IMG/VR virus record: IMGVR_UViG_3300022187_000028
Span: 2,758-66,757 of that record
DNA from: a virus
Direction: 5' to 3' (one strand)
Length of the DNA: 64,000 bases
Shown here: positions 53,914 to 64,000 of the stretch, piece after piece
Layout: every line of letters starts with the position of its first letter
How positions within the stretch are numbered: position 1 is the stretch's first letter
Program-made: the position numbers and the translations under genes
The notes under the pieces: model-generated
Seen by the model: only the letters and a program-made list of their open reading frames with translations
What the model was told of the DNA's origin: nothing
Database searches by the model: none

Positions 53914-54877
53914 CTACATTGAATTTGTGAGAAGTCACAATAATAGAACCAATGTCTACACTACAGTCTACGACTTTGCTAAGTTCGCAGAAACAGCAAA
54001 GGTGGAATCTTCTGTTATCTTAGATAGAGTATTCTTTGACTTTGATGCTCATGGAGAAGATGGTATTTGGTATGCTTATGCAGATTTAAAAGATACTTTG
54101 AGGTACATTGGCGACACCAAACACACTATCTTCTTTTCCGGAAGAGGGTTCCACTTGTTTGTCTTTGGAGAAGTGACCGATGAACCAAGAAACCTACAGT
54201 TTTATTTTAGAGAAGTAAGAGATTACTTACAAAAACAAAAACCTTATTCACTAACCTTAGATGAAAGAGTAGGTCAAACTACTAGACTAAGAAGAGTACC
54301 AAATACTGTAAATCTAGCCAGCGACAATGGACACGGCATACCCTACTATTGCATTCCAATTTTTGAAGAAGATATAGAGAAGGGAATCGACCACATACTA
54401 GATTTGGCTATGGCCCCTCGTCTTGTCCCTATGAAGTTCTCCGGTAGCAAGTTAGCAGTATGGCCTTCCGCACCCCCCATTGATGAAGTCGAAGGGGAAA
54501 TTGAGCCTGTAGTCGTTGAGGGTTCGCTCCCTGTTCTCCCCTGCATTTACAATGCCATAATGGTTGAGAACCCTTCGCACATGGCTAGAGTTTATTTGGT
54601 ATCTTGGTTCCGAGATTTACTAACAGGAAGACAAGATTTGAAAGACCAAAAACAAAAAGAATCAATACTCAATACTATTGTAGATGAGATAGAAAAGATT
54701 GCTACTAGTTCCGATGAAGTTTGGCTTGATTGGGATAAGGCGACAACAAGAAAACATGCAAAATTTACCGTATATGGTAATTACAATACTCCCAACTGTA
54801 AAACCAAGTTAATACCCGAAGGGTATTGTGCTGGTAAATGTTGGAGATACCCCGACTATTTGGAGGAAAAGAAATGA
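53828..54877 (+). CDS. Archaeo-eukaryotic primase: catalytic domain fused to a Cys-rich PriL-like C-terminus
   Basis: FFDFD, SGRGFH, RRVPNT; PCI...NC...YCAGKC. Confidence 0.82.
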   Translation: MKYPREVWAGSHIKNAPQMKRRVVQKKSDYIEFVRSHNNRTNVYTTVYDFAKFAETAKVESSVILDRVFFDFDAHGEDGIWYAYADLKDTLRYIGDTKHTIFFSGRGFHLFVFGEVTDEPRNLQFYFREVRDYLQKQKPYSLTLDERVGQTTRLRRVPNTVNLASDNGHGIPYYCIPIFEEDIEKGIDHILDLAMAPRLVPMKFSGSKLAVWPSAPPIDEVEGEIEPVVVEGSLPVLPCIYNAIMVENPSHMARVYLVSWFRDLLTGRQDLKDQKQKESILNTIVDEIEKIATSSDEVWLDWDKATTRKHAKFTVYGNYNTPNCKTKLIPEGYCAGKCWRYPDYLEEKK

Positions 54878-55218
54878 AATACGATGATGTAAAATGGAAT
54901 CAAATGATATATGGCCCTGCTTATTACGATGAAGGAGAACAGGAAGAACCTGCTCCACTTATTTTATCTGCTTGGAGATGGGAAGTTAGAATGGAAGGAA
55001 GACAAGTCTTTTGGAGATTTAAAAGTAGGATGATGGGGTCTTTTGAGTTCTCTCCTAAGAAGTGGAATGATGAAGGAAATGAATATCCCAAAGAGTGGCC
55101 GGATTGGTTGCTCTTTGATTTCATAGACTATGTTTGGGGATACTCGGATAAAGAAACTAAAGTTCTCACCACATCTATAAACGAAGACTCTAAGCAACAA
55201 AAGTTGGAGTTGGAATGA
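54874..55218 (+). CDS. Trp-rich hypothetical protein
   Basis: Probable start MKYDDV. Confidence 0.55.
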   Translation: MKYDDVKWNQMIYGPAYYDEGEQEEPAPLILSAWRWEVRMEGRQVFWRFKSRMMGSFEFSPKKWNDEGNEYPKEWPDWLLFDFIDYVWGYSDKETKVLTTSINEDSKQQKLELE

Positions 55219-55910
55219 TGTTGACAATTGATAGTAGGGAAAGAAAGGGTTCTAAATTAGTCGATTTAGTTATCAAGAAAGCCGAGGCCCTAGGAATATC
55301 AAATGAGAAAAAGTGGATAGAAGTAGGGGACTATGTATTTGACGATGTTTGTTTTGAAGCAAAATCTTGTCTAGACTTTATTCAGTCTATTCTAAACAAA
55401 AGAATTTGGACTCAAATAGATAATATGGACCGCCATTACAAACATAACATAGTAATTATTTATGGTGATTTAGAAAAAGATATTCAATCCCTAATAGATA
55501 ACTCTAAGAATACTAATTTTGTATTCAGCAAACACAATCTAAGAAGGCGATTCTTAGGAGCAATAGGTAGGATTACCTTAGATACAGACACAAGAGCCTT
55601 TTGGGTTCCTAGTGAAATAGAAGCATCTTTGATAATCACAACTATTTGTAAAATGAAGCCAATAGAAAGACCCTCGTTGAATCCTCAGTTGATAAAAAGG
55701 ATAGCAACTGATGATATGAGAGTCGATGTACTGACTTCGATTAAAGGAATTTCAGTCAAGAAAGCCAAAGCCCTTTTGAAGAAATTTGGCTCTGTTGTTG
55801 AAATTTCCTATGCCAAACTATCCGAGATAAAAGCAGTAGAGGGATTTGGGACTACCCTTGCTGAAAGAGTACTTGAAGTCCTAAACACAGAAGATAAGGT
55901 GACAATATGA
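55215..55910 (+). CDS. ERCC4/XPF-type structure-specific nuclease with HhH
   Basis: IDSRE, GDYV, EAKS, C-terminal HhH pair. Confidence 0.87.
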   Translation: MMLTIDSRERKGSKLVDLVIKKAEALGISNEKKWIEVGDYVFDDVCFEAKSCLDFIQSILNKRIWTQIDNMDRHYKHNIVIIYGDLEKDIQSLIDNSKNTNFVFSKHNLRRRFLGAIGRITLDTDTRAFWVPSEIEASLIITTICKMKPIERPSLNPQLIKRIATDDMRVDVLTSIKGISVKKAKALLKKFGSVVEISYAKLSEIKAVEGFGTTLAERVLEVLNTEDKVTI

Positions 55911-57490
55911 ATGATGAAGATTGGGTGACAACACCCGAATACGAAGACGAAGAATTACACGCCCTTCCTACGGAAGAAGCGAGAGAACAGCCGGATAGAA
56001 TTATAGGAGATACTAAATTACCTAAATTCTTAGAAGGATGGGTAAAAGAAGCAACCAATGTTTCTCACTACAATGAAATACCTGCGGCCATGACTGCCTT
56101 AGTTCTAGTCGGGCAAATGTGCAAAGGCTTTGTTAGGATACCAATTAAATCCTCTATCATAGATTCTAGAGTACATTTCATTTGGATTCAAACCTCCGGT
56201 ACGGGAAAGAGTGAATTGATGAATTTTGTAATTCCTGTTTCAAAGGGGCTATGGGATAAGATTAACGCACATCATAATTACAGGGAACACAAGTACATAG
56301 GACCGCACGATAAACTAGAGCAATTTGATAACTTTGAAGTTGTTGAGTACACTGATGCGGCTTTGATTGGATACCAAAAAATAGTAATTGCTAACGAAAC
56401 CTTTGCAGAAGAAAATGTAGATGTTGAAGTTGGAGATGAAGTATGGGAACCTGTCAAGGGTTCTTTAGATGGACACGGTTTAGCCCGATGGGATGAGTTC
56501 ACTAATTCCGGAGTTTTCAGTAAGACACAACACAAGAATTCAATTGTCACTTATTTGAACACTCTAATGAATTCTATTGGTGGCTCCTCTCAAGTAATTA
56601 CTAAGAAGTTGAAGGAAGGTCCAGTAGTAGAATGCCATTCCGAGCGTTCTATTATGGCAACTACTTTCCCACCCGATGAACTAGATAAAGCAATTACAGA
56701 AACCGGACTATTCCAAAGAGCGACGGTCTATATTTGGAAAGTACCCGAATATATTAAGGATGAAATTGATGAGATGATTGTTGATAACTTCGGAACATTT
56801 GAAGATGTGAACCTTCCTATTGAGAAATACACAGAAGAACTATTCGAGATTTACAAATTAACTCAAGCCCGTTATCTCTCAACTGCTAAGTACGACGAAC
56901 AAGGGAATGAAATAGAAGCCCCCAACCCTACTAAGGTAATTAGAAGAGGAGCAGACTTTAGAGATGCTATGCGGCTAAGAATGCACGACTTGAGAAGAAT
57001 GGTAAAGGCAGAAGAAGGGTTGACTAGAGAGGCCGCTAGAACCTTCTTAACAAGGATGAACATAATGATGGGTAGGATTGCCTACCTATGTTCTGTAGTG
57101 GAGGCTAAGGACATAAAAGACCCTAAGAAACAGTTTATAGTCACTGCTAGAAATGTTAATCAATCTGCTTTTATTATCCGCAACTGCTATAAATCATTGA
57201 TTTCGTGGTTTGCTCAAAGCCTACGGGTCACTAAGTCCGGTATGGCAAAAACGATTGGAGCGGGATATTTAGAAGTCTATGAAAATTTGAAGAAAACTCA
57301 AGTTCGTAGAATCAATGATGTAGACGGTTGGGTTCCAAAGAAATCTATGATGGAGAACTACCGAACTACAAAAAATGTAAGTCCAGCAACAGGGTACAAT
57401 CATTGGGATAAAGTCGAAGGATATTTTGAGGAAACAAAAGACAACCGAGCAGTATTCGTTAGATTAAAAAAAGAAGGTGAAAGAAAATGA
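55907..57490 (+). CDS. MCM-like AAA+ replicative helicase
   Basis: TSGTGKS, WDEF, GLFQR. Confidence 0.65.
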   Translation: MNDEDWVTTPEYEDEELHALPTEEAREQPDRIIGDTKLPKFLEGWVKEATNVSHYNEIPAAMTALVLVGQMCKGFVRIPIKSSIIDSRVHFIWIQTSGTGKSELMNFVIPVSKGLWDKINAHHNYREHKYIGPHDKLEQFDNFEVVEYTDAALIGYQKIVIANETFAEENVDVEVGDEVWEPVKGSLDGHGLARWDEFTNSGVFSKTQHKNSIVTYLNTLMNSIGGSSQVITKKLKEGPVVECHSERSIMATTFPPDELDKAITETGLFQRATVYIWKVPEYIKDEIDEMIVDNFGTFEDVNLPIEKYTEELFEIYKLTQARYLSTAKYDEQGNEIEAPNPTKVIRRGADFRDAMRLRMHDLRRMVKAEEGLTREAARTFLTRMNIMMGRIAYLCSVVEAKDIKDPKKQFIVTARNVNQSAFIIRNCYKSLISWFAQSLRVTKSGMAKTIGAGYLEVYENLKKTQVRRINDVDGWVPKKSMMENYRTTKNVSPATGYNHWDKVEGYFEETKDNRAVFVRLKKEGERK

Positions 57491-57720
57491 AAAAATACGA
57501 AAATACATTCATCGTTTTCGATGTGACAAAGGGACCGAAAGTTATTATTGAAGCGTTGAACACATACGGCGAAGAAGGATGGGAATGCTCTACAATGATT
57601 ACTGTAGGGAATATGAACATTGTTGCTTTCCTAAAGAGAAGCATTGGTGAAGAAGAAACTAAGGCTGACCCTACTACGGAAAAAATCAACAAACTTTGGG
57701 CTACTGATGGCGGTAAGTGA
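57487..57720 (+). CDS. DUF4177-like small protein
   Basis: LNTYGEEGWE...FLKR. Confidence 0.65.
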   Translation: MKKYENTFIVFDVTKGPKVIIEALNTYGEEGWECSTMITVGNMNIVAFLKRSIGEEETKADPTTEKINKLWATDGGK

Positions 57721-57724
57721 TTCC

Positions 57725-58336
57725 ATGTCTAGTGTGCTAGCGTTGGACATAGAAACTAAGAATATGTCCCATGAGATAGGTGGGTTTGGTAATACTCACA
57801 TGTTCCAAGTGTCTACTGTAGCGACTTGGGACGGGTCAAATGGTACAGTCTATCTCTCTAAAGAAGAAGTAGGAGAGAGCGTAGACACACTAACTAAGTC
57901 TGGATTTAGCGTGAAGGATATGTCCGAGTTAAAGTATGACTTAGAAAGCCATTTAGAAAAAGGTGGTCGTTTGTTGGGTCATAATATTGGGGCTTTCGAT
58001 TTGCCTATTTTGAAGAACTCTTTGGACATATACTGTGTTAGAAAGTATTTGGATAATAAGCAGTATATTGATACCAGCCGATACTTGACTAGCAGTTTTG
58101 GAGAGAGATTCAAGTTACAGAACTTGGCGGAAAATACTCTAAAACAAGATAAGTTGATGGAGAGTGCAGAAGCACCTAAACTTTGGAAGATGGGTAGATA
58201 TGAAGAGGTTGTAGAGTACTGTATGAAAGATACTCAAATCGTATATGACCTTTGGAAGTATGGTCAAGAGAATGGCTTAGTCAAAGCGTTCTCAATAGAG
58301 AAAGAAGAATTTTTAGATATGGAGGTTGATTGGTGA
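57725..58336 (+). CDS. DEDD/RNase H-like exonuclease
   Basis: LDIETK, GHNIGAFDLP, YCMKD. Confidence 0.82.
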   Translation: MSSVLALDIETKNMSHEIGGFGNTHMFQVSTVATWDGSNGTVYLSKEEVGESVDTLTKSGFSVKDMSELKYDLESHLEKGGRLLGHNIGAFDLPILKNSLDIYCVRKYLDNKQYIDTSRYLTSSFGERFKLQNLAENTLKQDKLMESAEAPKLWKMGRYEEVVEYCMKDTQIVYDLWKYGQENGLVKAFSIEKEEFLDMEVDW

Positions 58337-58488
58337 TGGATACATGGGAATGGATTGGTTTGTTTGCCTTCCTTATCGTTGTAATTCTGTTGTTCTTTGC
58401 CGCTTTTGGTGGCTCGAACTTAACAGAACAAAGCGTTGAGGAATACATGCAACGGCTGATGAAAGACAGTGTAGAAGAAAAGAAATGA
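58336..58488 (+). CDS. 50 aa membrane protein
   Basis: MDTWEWIGLFAFLIVVILLFFAAFGG... Confidence 0.62.
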   Translation: MDTWEWIGLFAFLIVVILLFFAAFGGSNLTEQSVEEYMQRLMKDSVEEKK

Positions 58489-58616
58489 CGCTAAAGCAGA
58501 AGTGTTCTAAATGTGGTGAATCCACTATTGCACTTAGGCTACAGGGTTTCTATCTAGGCTCGGACAAGAAGGTAAAGTTGTGGGAATGTCGCTCATGCGG
58601 CTACATTTGGAAATAA
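58485..58616 (+). CDS. 43 aa Zn-ribbon protein with TFS/TFIIS-like spacing
   Basis: CSKC...WECRSCGYIWK*. Confidence 0.62.
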   Translation: MTLKQKCSKCGESTIALRLQGFYLGSDKKVKLWECRSCGYIWK

Positions 58617-58618
58617 TT

Positions 58619-58668
58619 TGGCCACTCGGCTCGCTCTATTTTGGGCGAATCGAGTGGTCATTTTTTTT
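58619..58668 (+). terminator. Hairpin plus poly-T ending the replication operon
   Basis: tggccactcggctcgc / gcgaatcgagtggtca followed by a T-tract. Confidence 0.72.
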
Positions 58669-58820
58669 ATGAATTTTTCTGGTATCCGAAAACGATTTGG
58701 AAAAAATACTATTTTTTTAAGAATAGCGATTACCTACTAGTGTAGGCCCTATCCAAAGAAAAAAGAAATAAGATAGTGCTATTATAAAAAGCAAAACTTT
58801 TACTATAGTTTCTTTAAATC

Positions 58821-59831
58821 TCATTGTACTCTAAACTCAATTATTGGCATAGTATTTGTTCTAGTTCCGCCTTCTCCTGTGACAGTTGAAGGATTAACCG
58901 TTCCACTAACTTTAGATTGTATTGTAGTCCCCCATAAACTAATGACATATAATTTGCTTCCATCGTCATTCCAAGACAAACCTGAAATCCAAGGCGTACT
59001 ACTACTACTACTTGCCGACCTCCAAGGAGTATTAGTAGAACTGCTACTATTGGTAAAGAAATTTCTTATGTCTAAAGTAGTGACTAATGTTTCTGTTGAA
59101 GTATCGTAAGGAGTAGACAAATCATATTCAAAAACTTCGGCGGTTAGTGCGTCGGGAATATACATTTTACTCCCATCACTATTAAAAATTAAATCACTGG
59201 CCGCCCCTATTGATAGAGTTTGAGAAGTTCCAGCACTATCACCGGAAGCCACTATGTAGTTAGTTCCAGCAGTATATTGTTTAATTATACTGTTTCCACC
59301 CGATACACCATATCCAAAATAATACTTAGAACCGTCATTATTCCATCGAGCAAATCTTACTCCACCCCCCGCACTTAAAGCACTACCATTGAGAGTTATG
59401 GCTAAATTAACATCCATCGTTCCACTTCTTATTTGATTCCCATGAAAATCAGCAAGTATAATCTTGGTGGCATCATCATTAAGTCCAAATCCATCACAAC
59501 TGTTTAGCCCTAAACCTGCGGCATTTTGGGCAACCGCATTTCCACTTCCGGTAGAACTTATTGCTATTTTCGTAATAAAAACATTAGTGCTATCAAAACT
59601 GTTGTTATTTCCTCTATTTGAAATATACATGTCAGTCCCTATTACTTGAACACCTGTCATCCAAGCCGAATCAGCCGCACCAGCATTAAAATTTATTCCA
59701 ACGCCATCATTAGAGTTAGTCTGGTGAATGGATTTTACAGAAGCCAAATTATAAAGATTAGCATTTACAGGGGTAGTCCTATTCGCATAAGACCCCATTC
59801 CCGATACTCTACTTATCCACATCTTAATCAC
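58821..59831 (-). CDS. Beta-propeller-like tail or receptor-binding protein
   Basis: Repeated (F/W)NxDGSK(Y/M/L)Y motifs; Ser/Gly/Thr-rich. Confidence 0.62.
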   Translation of the reverse strand: MIKMWISRVSGMGSYANRTTPVNANLYNLASVKSIHQTNSNDGVGINFNAGAADSAWMTGVQVIGTDMYISNRGNNNSFDSTNVFITKIAISSTGSGNAVAQNAAGLGLNSCDGFGLNDDATKIILADFHGNQIRSGTMDVNLAITLNGSALSAGGGVRFARWNNDGSKYYFGYGVSGGNSIIKQYTAGTNYIVASGDSAGTSQTLSIGAASDLIFNSDGSKMYIPDALTAEVFEYDLSTPYDTSTETLVTTLDIRNFFTNSSSSTNTPWRSASSSSSTPWISGLSWNDDGSKLYVISLWGTTIQSKVSGTVNPSTVTGEGGTRTNTMPIIEFRVQ

Positions 59832-61411
59832 GCATCATTTAATCCATCAACAGTATATGTCATTTTAACGCCCATAAGCAAAGCATCACTAGCGAAATCA
59901 TCATTACCATTATTAGCATCTCTTGATATTTGGAAAAAGCAAACATCTCCTGCCGCCGGAGAACCTGCAATAGTGAGAGCAGTATCGCTACTGATAATAT
60001 GTAAATCCTTAGCGGTTAGTGCTGTATCTTGATAATTAACAGCAGTTCCAAAAATAACCCCACCTATGGCTTCATCATTAGAAACAGAAGTTCCAGCAAT
60101 AGTCCAAATTACATCATTACCTGCACTACCAGCATGTGTCCAATAGAAAGTAAATAAAACTGTGCCTTCGTTCCACATTTTTGGCATAGCAATTGAAAAC
60201 TGAGCAAATTCATCAGTACCTGCGTCGAATGCTAAGGTTCTAAAATCCGGTTGAGTAGCGTTAGCGTTAGCAGTTGTTGTTAAACTACCACAAGGATTTA
60301 CTGATTGGGGGCTTATTGCTTCTGCTGGAATCCACATACTAAACTGTCCCACTTGTAATTTAGTGTCTAATTGTGTTTGTGCGTTTGAAGTAAGCGTATT
60401 TATTCTTTGAAATTCTTCACTTGTAACCGTACCATCAGCAATTTTAACTGCATCTATTCCTGTTGCCAAATGTATATTGTCAACAGAACCGTCTACATAT
60501 TGGTCGGAATCGACAGAATTAGCGGCCATCTTTCCAACTGTCACTCCACCATCCTTTAATCTTAAAGCATTCGAATTAATTTCAATAGTAGAATCATCAA
60601 CGCCAACATTTAGTGTAACATCTCCTGTTGTTCCTCCACCTGTCAAAGCACTACCAGCCACAACAGATGTAATATCTCCCTGTGGGGCTAATGCGGCAAT
60701 AGAAGCGGCTGTGACTGATTTAATTACATTGGAAGCACTAGTATCTTGAATAATGACTTTATCGTCACTTGCTAATGAACTTGTATGGTCACCTATACCT
60801 GAAATAAATAAACCCGCACTTGTTCCAGTAATAGCACTTGTTTCTGTGTAGGTAGTACTTCCAGCATCATAACCAATACTCACTGAATTTTCACTCTTAG
60901 CCGTAGTCAAATACTGGATAGACCTACCATCTACAGTTCCGCTTGCATCTAATTTGATTATAGCAACAGGAATATCACCCGCAGTTAGTTGTGGCACTAC
61001 ATCAGTATCGGCCTTATCTCCTCTAATGGCCAATACATTTGTAGAGTCACTAGTCACCACTAAGACGAAGTATGCGTTTCCGGAGGCAGGTTCATCGAAG
61101 GTAGAAGGAGTTCCTTGAGTGAAAGTAGCAGTAGCGATTTCTGGCATTAGTTTTCCATCTCTAATGACTGTACCCGCCCTCACTACGAATTGCGTATTTC
61201 CACTGGAGTTTGTTTGTACGATACTAAAGTTCTTAGTTGCGTCTGCTGTAGTTCCATTTAGAATAGCATAACTGTTCTGCAACCCTACTGATAGTGCCTT
61301 AAGCAACCCACTGTGGGGAAAATCTACACCATCAACTAACCCGCTACCTGCTGGATTGGAATGGAATCTACTGTACTGTCCTATATTTCTGCTGTCTGTC
61401 ATATCACTCAA
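59828..61411 (-). CDS. Tail fibre-like protein
   Basis: GDITSVVAGSALTGGG, VDDSTIE and DGSVDNIHL repeats typical of viral fibres. Confidence 0.7.
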   Translation of the reverse strand: MSDMTDSRNIGQYSRFHSNPAGSGLVDGVDFPHSGLLKALSVGLQNSYAILNGTTADATKNFSIVQTNSSGNTQFVVRAGTVIRDGKLMPEIATATFTQGTPSTFDEPASGNAYFVLVVTSDSTNVLAIRGDKADTDVVPQLTAGDIPVAIIKLDASGTVDGRSIQYLTTAKSENSVSIGYDAGSTTYTETSAITGTSAGLFISGIGDHTSSLASDDKVIIQDTSASNVIKSVTAASIAALAPQGDITSVVAGSALTGGGTTGDVTLNVGVDDSTIEINSNALRLKDGGVTVGKMAANSVDSDQYVDGSVDNIHLATGIDAVKIADGTVTSEEFQRINTLTSNAQTQLDTKLQVGQFSMWIPAEAISPQSVNPCGSLTTTANANATQPDFRTLAFDAGTDEFAQFSIAMPKMWNEGTVLFTFYWTHAGSAGNDVIWTIAGTSVSNDEAIGGVIFGTAVNYQDTALTAKDLHIISSDTALTIAGSPAAGDVCFFQISRDANNGNDDFASDALLMGVKMTYTVDGLNDA

Positions 61412-61775
61412 CCTCTATGGTAATGTAAAAATCAATTTCTTCTCCGGAGGCAAATGGCCCTATTCCATCGAATGTAATCCTAGATAGCATTTCAGTGTAT
61501 TCTGCTATCGAAGTTTCCGCCACATTGTCATATGCTTTATTAAAAATACCTATTTCTCTTATTGTGTACCCTGCGACAGAAGAACCCAAAAGAGTGAATT
61601 TGAAATCTATGACATTTCCTTCGCTAGTAGAAGAAGAAGCAGAAATACTGTAAATAGGTACATCTAAATTAGTTGCTGATGGGTCAGTAGCGTTGCCACC
61701 CACCCCCACCCTAGCCTTTGTAAATACAGTTTTCAAATGTAAGGCAAGACTTTCTCTAACGGAATCTACTATCAA
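61404..61775 (-). CDS. Tail/baseplate-associated protein
   Basis: VGVGG...TIREIGIF resembles tail-collar/baseplate proteins. Confidence 0.55.
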   Translation of the reverse strand: MIVDSVRESLALHLKTVFTKARVGVGGNATDPSATNLDVPIYSISASSSTSEGNVIDFKFTLLGSSVAGYTIREIGIFNKAYDNVAETSIAEYTEMLSRITFDGIGPFASGEEIDFYITIEVE

Positions 61776-63979
61776 AATTCTTCCTCCAATATAGTCGTAA
61801 GCGTATTTCCACCTGTTGATAGGCCCAAATTTAGGGCGAAGCCTAGAGTCTGCTCAAACCCAAGATTGAAAGAGTTTGCGCTTGCGTTGGCTCTCTTCTT
61901 GACGATTAACTTTCTTTCAGTGATGCCTATTTTTCCAAAATAGTCCCTAGAAGTACGGACATTGTTGAAAGCCTCACTTCTTGCATTTGCCTCTATCTTT
62001 TTATTATTTTTCAAGATTTCAGCAAACCTATCAGTTAAGCCCTTAGTGAATTTACCAAGTTCTAATTTGATAGTACCTATTTGAGTATGTTCCATTTCTA
62101 AAATGACATATTTAGAAGAAGTAATACCTTCTTGTAATAGTTCGAGTTCAATAATATCCGAGGGCCTTATTTGCCCTAAACTCCTATGTCCTAGTTCTAA
62201 GGAAACCTTCTTGTTAGAACTAGAATGTAATTTTAATAGATTATATGCTCTACTATCTACCTCTTCTTGAGTAGACAAACTATCGTCGTTGACTTCTAGT
62301 ACCTTTCTTCCTCTCTTACTAATACTAGTGCCGTTCTTCCTAATAGCAATCTTATCCTTAGAATAGACTCTTACTTCATTGTAAAAGTCAAAGAGAACAT
62401 CGGATTGGCTAAAGTTGATGATTTGTAAATCATTATTCATATCAGTAATTTTTATCTTTGGTGAAAAGGCTGAATCCTTTTGGTCCTTAATTGAGAATTT
62501 GTCATTATCATAAATCAATTGTTTATTCTTCTTTTCAATTAAGTAGTTGATTGCAGAGAATAAGTCTACTCCCTTTAGATTAGGTGCTACAACTAGTGGG
62601 TAGTCGTCGGTATAACCAGTAGTGAATTCTATGTCATTCTCTTCAAAGAGATTATTGATGAGGGTTTCTGTTTCTTCTCCAATAGTGACTCCCGAACCTA
62701 TAACAGCACGAATAGGTTTTCCTTTTAAGTTCTTATTCGTAGTAATAGTAATCGTATCCGATACTGAAACTACACCCTTAGTCAACTTGTGTTCTCCAAA
62801 GGTAATAGTAAGTCCTCTTCCTATGGTTTCGCCATCTCCTGTTCCTAGCCAATCTATTTCAGTTGAAGTTTTGAAGGTAGTATTACCATCGCTGACGCAT
62901 AATGTTGAAGGTATTTCTGCCTTCTTAGTTGTCATATCAGCGAATTGGTATAGGGCCAATAGTGGACTTCTAGACACGATATGTTCTGTAGTGCCAGATG
63001 CAATTTTTCCATCCAAATCTACAGTGCAATACATAGATAACACTCCCTCATTGTGGCCTACATTTTCAAAAGAACCATTTAGCGACCTATCGTGAGAAGA
63101 CTCCACCCTTATGTGATAGTCTTGGGTAGCCGAATAAGTTTCATCTTTATATGGCATCTTAGTATATTCCGAGGATAGAGTATTCAACTTAATTCTGCTA
63201 GGTGTGTATTCATAAGTACAGGTTTCATTGGGTTGCATAACTCTGTAATATCCCGCAGTCAATTGTTGGTCTAGTATCAAAATGTGTCTTTTAGTGCTAT
63301 TTCCACTATCTATTTCATGGGAAACGACATATCCTAAAAAGGTAGGAGAAACATTCTGCATGCTATGTTGTTGAGTATCTGCGTCAATAGCAGGTTGCGC
63401 TACTGCTGTTCCTGTTGCGTATTCTGTACCTGCTTCGGAGGCCAAATAACAACCTGTTAAGTCTTTCACATAATCTAAATATGGATAGGTGCTAGAGTTT
63501 AGAATATATTTGTAATGGGTTGTTCCGGAAGGCCCCCTAGGATTTGTTGATTCCTTGGCAGGTAATTTTACCCTTAATTTAAATCCTAAATATATTCCTT
63601 CTGCATCCGTAGTAACATCGGAAGATGCGGCAAGACCACCTCCATTATTATCTAATTTAGTAGTAGCAAATCGGTTGGGTCTAGTAGCCATACCGTAATT
63701 GATAATTGTAAAGTTCTTGCCTGTAGCACTGTACTCTCTTAGATGTGAATTGTTAATTGGAGGCATTACTGTACCAGCACTGGACAGGGTATCCCCTCCG
63801 GAAATATCAAATCTATCAAGGACCATACCCACCAATCCACTCTTCAAGAAAGAGGCGGCTGTAGCGGGAGAATCGGTGTGTAATTTTAGGTCATTATATT
63901 GCTTAAGAAGAAGACTAGAGTGTCCATTGTGTTGTTCCGAATCAAAGGTAATGTTGGTGATTACCATAGGCAAAGCCAA
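61772..63979 (-). CDS. Large tail hub/baseplate-like protein, probably 5'-truncated by the window edge
   Basis: At least 735 aa; C-terminal FYNEVRVY...IRPSDII...LELG resembles tail hub domains. Confidence 0.55.
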   Translation of the reverse strand: MALPMVITNITFDSEQHNGHSSLLLKQYNDLKLHTDSPATAASFLKSGLVGMVLDRFDISGGDTLSSAGTVMPPINNSHLREYSATGKNFTIINYGMATRPNRFATTKLDNNGGGLAASSDVTTDAEGIYLGFKLRVKLPAKESTNPRGPSGTTHYKYILNSSTYPYLDYVKDLTGCYLASEAGTEYATGTAVAQPAIDADTQQHSMQNVSPTFLGYVVSHEIDSGNSTKRHILILDQQLTAGYYRVMQPNETCTYEYTPSRIKLNTLSSEYTKMPYKDETYSATQDYHIRVESSHDRSLNGSFENVGHNEGVLSMYCTVDLDGKIASGTTEHIVSRSPLLALYQFADMTTKKAEIPSTLCVSDGNTTFKTSTEIDWLGTGDGETIGRGLTITFGEHKLTKGVVSVSDTITITTNKNLKGKPIRAVIGSGVTIGEETETLINNLFEENDIEFTTGYTDDYPLVVAPNLKGVDLFSAINYLIEKKNKQLIYDNDKFSIKDQKDSAFSPKIKITDMNNDLQIINFSQSDVLFDFYNEVRVYSKDKIAIRKNGTSISKRGRKVLEVNDDSLSTQEEVDSRAYNLLKLHSSSNKKVSLELGHRSLGQIRPSDIIELELLQEGITSSKYVILEMEHTQIGTIKLELGKFTKGLTDRFAEILKNNKKIEANARSEAFNNVRTSRDYFGKIGITERKLIVKKRANASANSFNLGFEQTLGFALNLGLSTGGNTLTTILEEEF

Positions 63980-64000
63980 GTGGCTTTCGTGTCCAGCACT

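Larger units (their letters stand above)
1..64000. mobile_element. Segment of a tailed archaeal dsDNA virus genome (Caudoviricetes; magrovirus-like, probable Marine Group II host)
   Basis: Portal, terminase and tail genes together with archaeal-type RFC, PCNA, PolB, AEP primase, ERCC4, TFB and GGTGA/GGAGG Shine-Dalgarno sites; no cellular housekeeping operons or integrase seen. Host assignment is inference. Confidence 0.85.

Noticed and set aside
26143-57692. Minus-strand ORFs in the replication region
   Set aside because: Antisense to well-supported plus-strand genes or tRNAs.
1-64000. Provirus in a host chromosome or alternative genetic code
   Set aside because: No integrase, att site or host genes recognised; conserved genes are intact in the standard code.

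Overview
This window is a 64 kb segment of a large tailed dsDNA virus genome with an archaeal-type replication and transcription toolkit, most consistent with a Marine Group II (Poseidoniales) 'magrovirus'-like virus; that assignment is inferred from gene content, not from a database search. Layout: (1) 1-21.5 kb, minus strand: head/packaging module (portal, terminase, LAGLIDADG protein) interleaved with about 19 unrelated small genes that all start with the peptide M-S/T-W-x-x-I/V/T-L-K. (2) 21.5-25.6 kb, minus strand: array of early-type cassettes with a shared promoter/operator motif; two of them have RNA stems pairing the 5' and 3' ends of the mRNA. (3) 25.6-26.2 kb: AT-rich divergence point, candidate origin. 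(4) 26.3-58.7 kb, plus strand: SF1 helicase, 3 tRNAs, a ubiquitin-like/E1/JAB module around a TFB gene, GroES/GroEL, an apparently inactivated DNA ligase, RFC, RPA, PCNA, split PolB, Cas4-like nuclease, primase, ERCC4 nuclease, MCM-like helicase and a DEDD exonuclease. (5) 58.8-64 kb, minus strand: tail genes. The best candidates for novelty are the shared N-terminal tag (a possible capsid-targeting/cleavage signal), the end-paired mRNA cassettes and the viral ubiquitin-like module. All calls come from reading motifs by eye.
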